A DNA stretch of 64,000 nt from Patescibacteria group bacterium (GTDB lineage Bacteria; Patescibacteriota; Microgenomatia; UBA1400; PJMF01). Below, one piece after another: positions 48,781 to 57,394 of the stretch. The translations under genes and the position numbers were made by a program. The notes beneath the pieces are model-generated. The model was given only the letters and a program-made list of their open reading frames with translations, searched no databases and was not told where the DNA came from. The DNA is taken from assembly GCA_040879165.1 (NCBI GenBank), contig JBBDKV010000017.1, forward strand, positions 23,739 to 87,738. Direction: 5' to 3'. The first letter of the stretch is position 1; each line of letters starts with the position of its first letter.

Positions 48781-50592
48781 TTATAACACCTTCTTCTGGT
48801 ACAAGTCACCATCCTCAAAGCCACGCTTGCGGTAGTATTCTCGAGTACCAATTGCAGAAATAACTGCTAAGCTATCAAAGCCCGCAGCTCTACTCAAGAC
48901 TTCGGCTTCTTGTAATAAACGGGTACCAAATCCAGCATGCTGAGATTTACCCAATGCTGATTTTCCTAGTTGCGCCAACTTGCCATAGACGTGAACTTCT
49001 CGGATAATAGCCGTGTTTTCAAGCTCAGTAACGAAACCAGGCTCAGTTGGCAAACTTAATCGCAAAAATGCCACCAACTTGTCGTCTTCAGTCACAAATT
49101 CTAGGAATTTCTCAGTGCTTGAACTTGTTTGGTAGTCATAGCATCTTAGTGAAACTTGTCCTGGATTCACAACCAGATCTCTTACCTCACGAGCGCGGAT
49201 GTCTCGAGAAGTAAAGCCCTTTTTAGCCAGTGACTGCTCAGCAATTTGACGAAAATTAGTCAGCTTATTGCCTTCCACAATATCAGTGGATGGAATATCG
49301 CGAATCACTCGGGTCAAACGACAATATTCTGGAGTCACCTCAAAAGCGTGCTCCAACACCGAAAGTAATTCCTCATAGGTATAGGTCTGCCACTTGCCCT
49401 CTTTGTGATACTGCATCAATTCAGCAGTACCAATCAAGGAACAAGGGTACACCTTCAACTCGTCAGGCCTGAAGTCTGGATCTGAAAATAGTAGCTGGTA
49501 ATCTTTCTTATCAGCTTCCACACTGGAGCCGTACAAGTTAGCCATCCAGTGAGCGTGAATTTTAAAACCGGCTTGACGCAGCAGCTTGATTGCTCGACGA
49601 GAAGACGCAACATCGTGACCGCGTTTATTTTTCTCAAGCACGCTATCCTGCAAACTCTGCAAACCTATTTGTGTTTTCGTGCAGCCTAAACGACGAATAC
49701 GCAACACTTCAGCCTTAGAAATATTATCTGGCCTCGTCTCAATCACGAGCCCAACACAACGAACATTCGCCGACTCATTCAAATCCTGCTGTGCTTTCAA
49801 CTCTGACCACTCAGCCTGTTGATACAAATGAAAACCACCCGTAATTTCTGGTGCGACATAGAGTTCAGAAACCGTATGATTGTAGGTTTTATCAATTTTG
49901 ACTCCATTGATTTGATGTTGCTGGAAGGCCTTTTTATTCTCCATCGGATCGTTACTCATGCTAATAGTTTTATTTTTTTTCAGTGCTGCGCGCATTTCGT
50001 CATACCGTATCAATACCTGAGAGCGCTCATCACGCTTGCCAAAGTCATTCAGTGCACGAAAACATTCCTCGATAAACCAAATCTGATACGCTTCCGGATA
50101 ATACGACCAAGTACCACCCAGCACGATAATTTCCACTTTATCAACATCATGACCAATGTTTTGCAACGCTTGCAATCGATTGTAAGTCTGCAAATAGGGA
50201 TCAAAATAATTTCGCTCGGCACGCTGCGCGCCGGGCTCATCCGCCAAATAACTCTTGGGCATCCGAATATCATTCGGACAAAAAATACATTTGCCTGGGC
50301 AGGGAAACGGTTTAGTGAGCACTGTCACTGGTGCCACACCAGACATCGTTCTCATTGGCTTCATCTTAATTCTATCCAACAGATCTGAGCCCAAATCCGC
50401 GCGTTTTTTTTCAGTCAATCCACGATACACAGAAACCAGCTGGTTTTTGGTGAAAAACGAGCCATCAGCTTTGGGAAACTGCTTTAATAACTGAAAATAA
50501 CGTCTTTTCTTGAACGGCTGCTCAACTGCTAAAACCTTTAGCATCGCTAGTCCCTGTGCCGCATCCTGATTAGATAGCTTGGTATATATCAT
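48781..50592 (-). CDS. elp3: Elp3-family tRNA U34 carboxymethyltransferase (radical SAM + GNAT)
   Basis: RTMSGVAPV, CPGKCIFCP, PKSY...EP, GGTW, ETRPD, RVIRDIP, REVHVYG, QH.GFG, ISAIGTREYY. Confidence 0.92.
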   Translation of the reverse strand: MIYTKLSNQDAAQGLAMLKVLAVEQPFKKRRYFQLLKQFPKADGSFFTKNQLVSVYRGLTEKKRADLGSDLLDRIKMKPMRTMSGVAPVTVLTKPFPCPGKCIFCPNDIRMPKSYLADEPGAQRAERNYFDPYLQTYNRLQALQNIGHDVDKVEIIVLGGTWSYYPEAYQIWFIEECFRALNDFGKRDERSQVLIRYDEMRAALKKNKTISMSNDPMENKKAFQQHQINGVKIDKTYNHTVSELYVAPEITGGFHLYQQAEWSELKAQQDLNESANVRCVGLVIETRPDNISKAEVLRIRRLGCTKTQIGLQSLQDSVLEKNKRGHDVASSRRAIKLLRQAGFKIHAHWMANLYGSSVEADKKDYQLLFSDPDFRPDELKVYPCSLIGTAELMQYHKEGKWQTYTYEELLSVLEHAFEVTPEYCRLTRVIRDIPSTDIVEGNKLTNFRQIAEQSLAKKGFTSRDIRAREVRDLVVNPGQVSLRCYDYQTSSSTEKFLEFVTEDDKLVAFLRLSLPTEPGFVTELENTAIIREVHVYGKLAQLGKSALGKSQHAGFGTRLLQEAEVLSRAAGFDSLAVISAIGTREYYRKRGFEDGDLYQKKVL

Positions 50593-50717
50593 GCAACTAT
50601 ATTATACGCTGCCTGGCAAGAAAAAATCGGGTACAATAGTGGGTAACAAAGCTCACCAATTTTCAGTTCCATATCTGGCACTTTTCGCCAGAAAAGTGCC
50701 AGCAATCTGCAAAAACC

Positions 50718-51488
50718 ATGAAAACGGCAACCGCTATCAAACTCAACCAGCTCAATCAGCACTTCTATAAAAAAGTGGCTGAACACTTCCACACTTCACG
50801 CCAATTTTATTGGCATGGCTGGCGACAGCTGTTGCCGCACATTAAAAACAATCTCAATTCCAAGACTCAACTAAAAGTGCTCGATGTGGGATGCGGTAAC
50901 GGCAGATTTGGCAAGTTTCTTTTTGACACATTGCCCGAACAAGACATCATCTATCACGGTATCGACTTTAATCAGTCGCTACTCGAACACGCACAACAAA
51001 ATCTCAAAAAAACTACACTAACGTTTGAACTGCATCAGCTTGATCTGGTTGAAAAACTTATTTCAGACACACTTTTCTCTACAAAAGTGAAAAAATACGA
51101 CCTCATTGTGTTGTTTGGTGTCCTGCATCACATTCCTAGCTACCAGCTGCGCAAACAACTTGTCCAGAATCTTTCAGCACAAGTAGCTGAGACAGGAATA
51201 CTCTGCTGCACACTCTGGAGATTTATCAATCCTGACAATGAAAAGAGCACCGCCACAGTTGACTCGTCCCAGGTAAATATAGACCAAAACGAACTAGAGC
51301 CACATGATTATTTTATACCTTGGAAGCGGGGAGTGCCTGCCATTCGCTACTGTCATTTTACTCCTGATTTTGAAGAGCGTCGACTCATTACGGCTTCTGG
51401 ATTAAAGCTGAGGGCAACCTTTGAAGCAGACGGTAAAGAGAGTAAAGGCAATCGCTACTTAATCTTGCAAAATGACAACGAAAGATAG
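50718..51488 (+). CDS. Class I SAM-dependent methyltransferase, Trm9/ALKBH8-like
   Basis: VLDVGCGNGR, GVLHHIP...R, DYFIPW...RYCHF. Confidence 0.75.
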   Translation: MKTATAIKLNQLNQHFYKKVAEHFHTSRQFYWHGWRQLLPHIKNNLNSKTQLKVLDVGCGNGRFGKFLFDTLPEQDIIYHGIDFNQSLLEHAQQNLKKTTLTFELHQLDLVEKLISDTLFSTKVKKYDLIVLFGVLHHIPSYQLRKQLVQNLSAQVAETGILCCTLWRFINPDNEKSTATVDSSQVNIDQNELEPHDYFIPWKRGVPAIRYCHFTPDFEERRLITASGLKLRATFEADGKESKGNRYLILQNDNER

Positions 51489-51503
51489 CGTATAATCACC
51501 CAA

Positions 51504-53051
51504 ATGCAGTTATTTTTAGCACTTCTACTCATTATTCTATCTTTGACTGGTATTGTTGATGCTAGTTACATAACCTACCAAGATCTTACCAATCAAATTC
51601 CACCATGCAGCGAAGAATTTCAATGTGAAAAAGTCTTAACAAGTGAGTATGCTGCCATCGGACCGATTCCGGTATCCGGCTTGGGTATAGTCTATTACCT
51701 AGCTGCTTTTATCTTGGCAATCTTTCATTACTTACAGCTTGATCTCAAAAAATTGCCACTCCTGCGCCAGCTACCATATCCAGTCCGAGCACTTGACGGC
51801 TTGTTAGTGGTAACGGCCACTGGCTTTCTTTTCTCGATCTACCTGGTCGTATTGATGGCATTCATTATACAAGGCTGGTGTTTATACTGCCTGATTTCTG
51901 CGGGCATTTCCACTGCTCTGTTTATCATCACACAACTGTATAACTGGCTATATAGCTCTCATTCCAGTTTTCCAATCAAGGACTGTTGGTATCGACTGAG
52001 CCATTGGGGCTACAAAACACTCAGTAAACCATTACTTTTTTTACTCAATCCAGACCGCGTTCACCACGCCGTTCTAGCACTTTCTCCCCACCTCTCCGCA
52101 CAAGGAGTGTTCAAACAAAAACTGCGTTGGTTCTATCATTTTAAGCACCCAAGCCTTCAGCAATCGCTGGCAGGCATTCCTTTTGCTAATCCAGTAGGCT
52201 TACCTGCGGGGTATGACTACAATGGCGACCTAACTGACCTGACCCCCGAACTGGGATATGGCTGGCACACCGTGGGAACTGTTACGTTTCAACCTTATCA
52301 GGGAAATAAGCCACCCTTTTATACTCGATTACCTCAGAGTGAGGGCTTAATCGTCAATAAAGGGCTCAAGAATGACGGTGCAAAAGCAATAGCTCAAAAA
52401 TTAGCTGGCAAGCCCTTCAAAATCCCCACTGGCATTAGCATCGCCAGCACCAATACATCATTTCAAAGCACCAAAGAACAAATACTCGATATTCTCCAAA
52501 GCTTTATTATTTTTGAAACTTCCTCCGTACAACACAGCTATTATGAATTAAACATCAGCTGCCCCAATGTTTTTGGCGGCGAGCCATTTACCACGCCTCA
52601 GCGACTAGAGTCTCTCTTATCAGCACTAGACAAACTCTATCTTTCCAAGCCCACTTTTATAAAAATGCCAATTGATCAATCCACCCAAGAAACTGAAGCT
52701 CTACTTAAAACCATTACAAACCACCAGGTTGCAGGTGTCATTTTCGGCAACTTAACCAAGGATAAAAACAATGCAGCAATTACCCAGCAGGAGCGAAAAA
52801 TCTGGGCAAATAGTGCAGGCAACGTCAGTGGCAAAGCAACTTTTGAACGCTCCAATCAATTGCTTTCCCTAGCTAAAAAAACACTGCCTCCTGGAATGGT
52901 CATTATCGGCACTGGAGGAATTTTTACCCCAGCAGATGCAGACAGAAAAATATCACTCGGAGCTGATTTAGTGCAACTGATCACGGGCAGCATCTTTGAA
53001 GGACCGCAGTTAGTCGCTCAGATCAATTTGTCGCTAGCCGCTAAAAACTAG
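51504..53051 (+). CDS. pyrD: VKOR-dihydroorotate dehydrogenase (class 2) fusion
   Basis: N-terminal VKOR (C-x5-C, VLTS, CLYC, 4 TM) in frame with DHODH ([32 protein letters not shown]). Confidence 0.85.
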   Translation: MQLFLALLLIILSLTGIVDASYITYQDLTNQIPPCSEEFQCEKVLTSEYAAIGPIPVSGLGIVYYLAAFILAIFHYLQLDLKKLPLLRQLPYPVRALDGLLVVTATGFLFSIYLVVLMAFIIQGWCLYCLISAGISTALFIITQLYNWLYSSHSSFPIKDCWYRLSHWGYKTLSKPLLFLLNPDRVHHAVLALSPHLSAQGVFKQKLRWFYHFKHPSLQQSLAGIPFANPVGLPAGYDYNGDLTDLTPELGYGWHTVGTVTFQPYQGNKPPFYTRLPQSEGLIVNKGLKNDGAKAIAQKLAGKPFKIPTGISIASTNTSFQSTKEQILDILQSFIIFETSSVQHSYYELNISCPNVFGGEPFTTPQRLESLLSALDKLYLSKPTFIKMPIDQSTQETEALLKTITNHQVAGVIFGNLTKDKNNAAITQQERKIWANSAGNVSGKATFERSNQLLSLAKKTLPPGMVIIGTGGIFTPADADRKISLGADLVQLITGSIFEGPQLVAQINLSLAAKN

Positions 53052-53572
53052 ACTAATGACTCAACAAACGCGCCTAAGAAGTAGGCTACAAATGCAGCAA
53101 TCGCTCCAATGCTCAACATTTCAAAACCATACTTTAACCAATTGCCTGGAGTCACCAATACCCGCAGACTACCCACTAAAAAGAGGGCGCACCCCGTTGC
53201 TAATACTGATAACGGAAACTGCCAAGTTGCGGAAACTTGATTACCAGTAAGTTGAATCACGTATGGCAATAAAGGTAGTGAGCCGGCGAGCATAAAACTC
53301 ACAAAAGTAATGACGCTCGTTTCCATTGAGCGAATTTTTGGTGACATAGTACCAGATTTTTTGAGACGTTCAGCTGAGCGCTCTCCCAGATAATCACCAA
53401 CCGCCATACTCATCGCGTCAGCCACCATGCTAGCAATTCCTAAAATAATGATAACGCGCGCACTCAAACCAGCGCCAACCGCACCAGCCACTACCGCGAA
53501 GGTCGTAATAATACCATCATTAGCACCAAGCACCATGGCCTTGACTTTTTTTGCTGAAAGCAGTTGAAACAT
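53048..53572 (-). CDS. VIT1/CCC1 family transporter
   Basis: [25 protein letters not shown]. Confidence 0.9.
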   Translation of the reverse strand: MFQLLSAKKVKAMVLGANDGIITTFAVVAGAVGAGLSARVIIILGIASMVADAMSMAVGDYLGERSAERLKKSGTMSPKIRSMETSVITFVSFMLAGSLPLLPYVIQLTGNQVSATWQFPLSVLATGCALFLVGSLRVLVTPGNWLKYGFEMLSIGAIAAFVAYFLGAFVESLV

Positions 53573-53739
53573 GTAATTATACTACCATGTACGCAAGTAA
53601 TTTTTATCATGAAAGTGTCTGCTATACAGAAATTGCTACATTTTCCAGGCACTTCAAAAAATACTGTTTTCTGTGTACAATATCAGTTCTGTATCTCGAG
53701 AAATAGCACATCGCTCTCTCAAGCAAGCAGCCCACATTC

Positions 53740-53810
53740 TGCCCCGTCGTCCAATGGCAGGACAGCGGCCTTTGAAGCCGTTAATCTAGGTTCGAATCCT
53801 AGCGGGGCAT
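53740..53810 (+). tRNA. tRNA-Gln(UUG)
   Basis: TGCCCCGTCGTCCAATGGCAGGACAGCGGCCTTTGAAGCCGTTAATCTAGGTTCGAATCCTAGCGGGGCAT. Confidence 0.95.
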
Positions 53811-54023
53811 CATACAGAATAACTGGCTCAAGCCAGTTTTTCTGTATTTGTCCCCAGATAGAGGCGGGGCTGTTGCGCCGTCGAGATGCGCAGCATCCCG
53901 AGTAGTGCTGGGAGCGAAGCGAACAGTGAATCCTAGCGGGGCATCAGTGAACGCAGTGAACTGAGATTTCGCGTAGGATGAGAAGTTTACCCCACTATGG
54001 CGGGGAATCCTAGCGGAGCATCA
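53794..54023 (+). repeat. Three copies of the tRNA-Gln 3' end
   Basis: GAATCCTAGCGG(G/A)GCATCA at 53794, 53928 and 54005. Confidence 0.85.
53812..53847 (+). terminator. Intrinsic terminator after tRNA-Gln
   Basis: AACTGGCT-CA-AGCCAGTT followed by a T-tract. Confidence 0.65.
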
Positions 54024-54029
54024 GATAAT

Positions 54030-54055
54030 AAAAACCAGCTTGGACTGGTTTTTTT
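54030..54055 (+). terminator. Intrinsic terminator after the last tRNA-Gln repeat
   Basis: AAAAACCAG-N6-CTGGTTTTTTT. Confidence 0.65.
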
Positions 54056-54105
54056 GTATTGGCACATCTGGTAATTGGACTGTAACTTTTGTGTTAGTAT
54101 GAAAT

Positions 54106-54525
54106 ATGGCTTTTTTGTCTGATAAAACGTGGGAAAGACACGCTAATCCTTGGAGTGGCTGGACAAGAGTAGTATCGATGCCACTTCTCATGTTGGGATT
54201 ATACTTTCAAAATATTTGGATACTGATTGGCGTTGTCTTATGGACAATAATAAATCCCATGCTATTTCCAAAACCCAAGAGTACACAAAATTGGATGAGT
54301 AAAGGAGTGCTTGGAGAAAAATTGTATTACAAGGATGGAAAAAAGTTAAAAAATGACTTGCCTTCACTACTTAATTTAGTCAATGTACCTGTGTTTTTAC
54401 TTTTTCTCTACTTTGGATGGCAACAGCAGCTTGCACCAATGATTCTTTCTGGACTACTGACATCGGTTATAAAATTTTGGTTCATTGACAGAATGGTTCT
54501 TTTCTATGACCAACATCACTCATGA
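54106..54525 (+). CDS. DUF6653-like membrane protein
   Basis: WERHANPWSGWTR, W.SKGVLGE, KFWFIDRMV. Confidence 0.75.
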   Translation: MAFLSDKTWERHANPWSGWTRVVSMPLLMLGLYFQNIWILIGVVLWTIINPMLFPKPKSTQNWMSKGVLGEKLYYKDGKKLKNDLPSLLNLVNVPVFLLFLYFGWQQQLAPMILSGLLTSVIKFWFIDRMVLFYDQHHS

Positions 54526-54607
54526 TCCTGATGCGCATGCACTTACTTCCACCAGGTGCTTGATTTCTCCTGACCAATAGAGGTATCCTTGTGTAGAACT
54601 AAAAAAC

Positions 54608-54925
54608 ATGGAGGCTTTTATGAACCACAAATTAATTGCAATTAGTCTAATTTTTGTTTGTTTTGTTGCCGCCTTCGCTTACTGGGATAGCGTCTTTACT
54701 GTTTTTATGCCAGAAAAGGGAGTAGAGCAAACAGAATCAACTGAGCTGCAAGTTGAAGCCTCGCTCTGTGCTGCTACCCCAGATAGTGAGTGTTGCCTAG
54801 AATCCGAATCAACTGTTCTTGAGAATGGCTACATGCTCGCTGATGCTGGTAATTGCCCTGAAGGACACACCTCAAACCAACTCCGCTGCACAGAAAGCTT
54901 GGTGTGGTGTGAGCCTGCTATATAG
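54608..54925 (+). CDS. Small Cys-rich exported protein
   Basis: N-terminal hydrophobic helix, six C-terminal Cys. Confidence 0.65.
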   Translation: MEAFMNHKLIAISLIFVCFVAAFAYWDSVFTVFMPEKGVEQTESTELQVEASLCAATPDSECCLESESTVLENGYMLADAGNCPEGHTSNQLRCTESLVWCEPAI

Positions 54926-55070
54926 ATTTCAACCAATAGTGGGATAGATCCTTGATACAGGTTGGGAGTTGTAACCAACCCTACATCCTTCTAACAAAGT
55001 GACATATCCAGCTAGCTGGACAGCATGGATTTTGCTAGACTGAGTAAAGTTTTTACTATTTCTGCCCACA

Positions 55071-56372
55071 ATGTCTAATCCTCACCAACAACAGTCGCAA
55101 CATCCAGGTCAAACACAAACAAACCAACATCCAATAGGTCATCATGCGCCCAGACCAGACGCCCCACATCCTCAGCAGCAACATCCATACACCCACAGCA
55201 GTCATACGTATCATGTAACTGAAGAAGTCAATGCAAAAAAAGAATCTGCTTTCTTTGCGTTTTTTGAACACCACCGGGTATTGATTCCCTTGATTGCTTT
55301 ACTCGCTATAGTGGTCAGTATTTTTTTCGCGATGCAGTACTCTCAAACCATAGGCTCTCAGGTGACGCGCTGGCTTGGTTTTACGCCCAATACACAATCC
55401 AGTGAAGTAGGTGTCAATCAAGAGTTTTCATTTCCCGATACGGGCATTATTTTTTCAAGCAATCAACTGACACTAGTGTACTCATCGGTCGATCAAAATA
55501 TTACAGAAGTTTTCAGCCCGTCTTTTACTCAACTGAGTAACCAATCAAGTATTCAGAGCAACCCCACAAAGACTCACTTTTTACTAAGCGATTATCAACT
55601 CAATACACTCGAACTATACGATTCTCAGTCTGGAAATGCGATAAAAATATCAGATCAATTAAAAAACCTCTACACAAATTTTCAAATACTCGACTCACAA
55701 ATCCACCAGCGCGAAGAGGCGATCGTTGCGCTCGCTCTCATTAAAATAGAAGAATTGAATGTACCCATCACACTTCTAGTCGAATACAATGCACAAACCA
55801 AGCAACTCAAAGACGCACGCTTAAATACTGGTGAAAATCCAAAAATAATCTGGATACATCCCACTAATAATGCGGTCTACCTCACTTCTTACATTTCAAA
55901 TACGGTGGAGCTTCTTACCACAGTAGATCAAAGACAGCGTCAAACTAACACCAGACTACCATACACTTTTTTGGGCAAATCATCTCCGCAAGGATTGCAA
56001 ATAGTTGAGGATGGTCAGAATCTTACTATCACCCAGATCTTCAATCCCACCCAAACACAATCCAGCCTGGCTATTGACCAAAGTGCAGGCAAAATACTAG
56101 AAACTATCTGGCATCAAGATGGCAATCGCGTATCAGTATTACTGGAGCAGGGTAGGTCAAAAAAAATCTTGACGTTCTCACTAAGTGGGCAGCTCAATTG
56201 TGAATCTGCTAATCTGGATTTTATTGATTATGTGGTTGCGCAACATACCAATCAAGTAGCACTACTGTTTGAAGAAAATAGAACTCAATTATTAGATCTC
56301 GCTACTTGTCAAAATAATTCTTTATTCTCATATAGTGACCTGCCGATTACTAAACTTCTGGGATGGTATTAG
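55071..56372 (+). CDS. Single-pass membrane protein with H/Q/P-rich N-terminus
   Basis: Low-complexity N-terminus, TM VLIPLIALLAIVVSIFFAM, beta-rich ectodomain. Confidence 0.72.
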   Translation: MSNPHQQQSQHPGQTQTNQHPIGHHAPRPDAPHPQQQHPYTHSSHTYHVTEEVNAKKESAFFAFFEHHRVLIPLIALLAIVVSIFFAMQYSQTIGSQVTRWLGFTPNTQSSEVGVNQEFSFPDTGIIFSSNQLTLVYSSVDQNITEVFSPSFTQLSNQSSIQSNPTKTHFLLSDYQLNTLELYDSQSGNAIKISDQLKNLYTNFQILDSQIHQREEAIVALALIKIEELNVPITLLVEYNAQTKQLKDARLNTGENPKIIWIHPTNNAVYLTSYISNTVELLTTVDQRQRQTNTRLPYTFLGKSSPQGLQIVEDGQNLTITQIFNPTQTQSSLAIDQSAGKILETIWHQDGNRVSVLLEQGRSKKILTFSLSGQLNCESANLDFIDYVVAQHTNQVALLFEENRTQLLDLATCQNNSLFSYSDLPITKLLGWY

Positions 56373-56440
56373 TACGTACTGGTGAAACTGTAGAGAAAGT
56401 CGTACTTGCAAAGCAAAATGTATTTTGAAATACTGACTGT

Positions 56441-57394
56441 ATGAATACTGATGATAGTTTGCCGACTGATAGTGATCTAGAGGACAGCTCCTTCCAACCA
56501 CAACACAGTCGAACAACCTTTTTTAAGAAAAAATTGCTACTACTCTTACTGCTGTTTGTCGGAATAGGTGCTGTAGTGGCAGGTTATTCTTGGTATCAAA
56601 ATCAACAACCTACCGCCATTGATGAAACAGTGTTTCAGGATGCTCAAGGAGTAATAGCCACAGTTGGTGAGGAGCAGATTTTCCAATCAGATCTGGAACA
56701 AATAATTCCACTTCTTCCAGCTTCAGAAAATACGCAAGAACAAGGTCTGGAAGTATTGGTTAATCATTCGATTATTTTACAGGCGGCTCAAGAAGAAGGA
56801 GTAATCGGTATTCCTAGCGAATTGTTTAACAAGCCATATAAAAATCAGAGTGCTCGTTTTGAGTTTGTTGATCAAGTTCGGCAAACTATTGAATCCAATT
56901 TTTCAGTTATTCAAGGCTCAGTAGTATCTATTTATTTCTTAAACGAGTCTCCTGGTATCATTGGTTATGAGGCGGGAAGAGAATTTGCTCAACAAAAAAT
57001 TAACGCCATACATCAGCAAGTAACAAATGGTGAAATAACTATGCAACAAGCTGGGCAGATGATAGCAGCAGATGCAGAATTAGAACGAGTTGATTCGGCA
57101 TTTCGCAGCAATGCTTACTTCGAGTTTAGCGCTGGGCCAGATGAAGGAATCGTTATTGACCCGGATCTTGACCCAGCCATTCGAGCGCTTGACCCAGGAG
57201 AAGTAAGCAGTGTGTTGGTAGGTAAGGGCATGGACTTATCTGATTGGTCTCCAACTAGTGATGTCCAAGTAGAAGTGGTAGATGCTATGTTTATGTTTGC
57301 TCAAGTTGATAAAAAGGAAACAAACTTAGAGTATAATTCTTTTGACGAATGGCTCGAAGCCAAGCGAATGGCATATCAAGTAAGTTATGAATAA
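56441..57394 (+). CDS. SurA/PrsA-like membrane-anchored chaperone
   Basis: TM, VIATVGEEQI, LVNHSIILQAAQEEG, L.PGEVS.V, FDEWL. Confidence 0.6.
   Translation: MNTDDSLPTDSDLEDSSFQPQHSRTTFFKKKLLLLLLLFVGIGAVVAGYSWYQNQQPTAIDETVFQDAQGVIATVGEEQIFQSDLEQIIPLLPASENTQEQGLEVLVNHSIILQAAQEEGVIGIPSELFNKPYKNQSARFEFVDQVRQTIESNFSVIQGSVVSIYFLNESPGIIGYEAGREFAQQKINAIHQQVTNGEITMQQAGQMIAADAELERVDSAFRSNAYFEFSAGPDEGIVIDPDLDPAIRALDPGEVSSVLVGKGMDLSDWSPTSDVQVEVVDAMFMFAQVDKKETNLEYNSFDEWLEAKRMAYQVSYE

Noticed and set aside
53794-54023. CRISPR-like array from three 19-bp repeats
   Set aside because: The repeats are tRNA-Gln 3' ends, spacing is irregular (134 and 77 bp) and no cas genes are present.
54930-55030. Hairpins GGTTGG...CCAACC and palindrome TCCAGCTAGCTGGA as an ncRNA
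   Set aside because: Short, single-copy and without a recognisable family; compatible with a terminator or chance.
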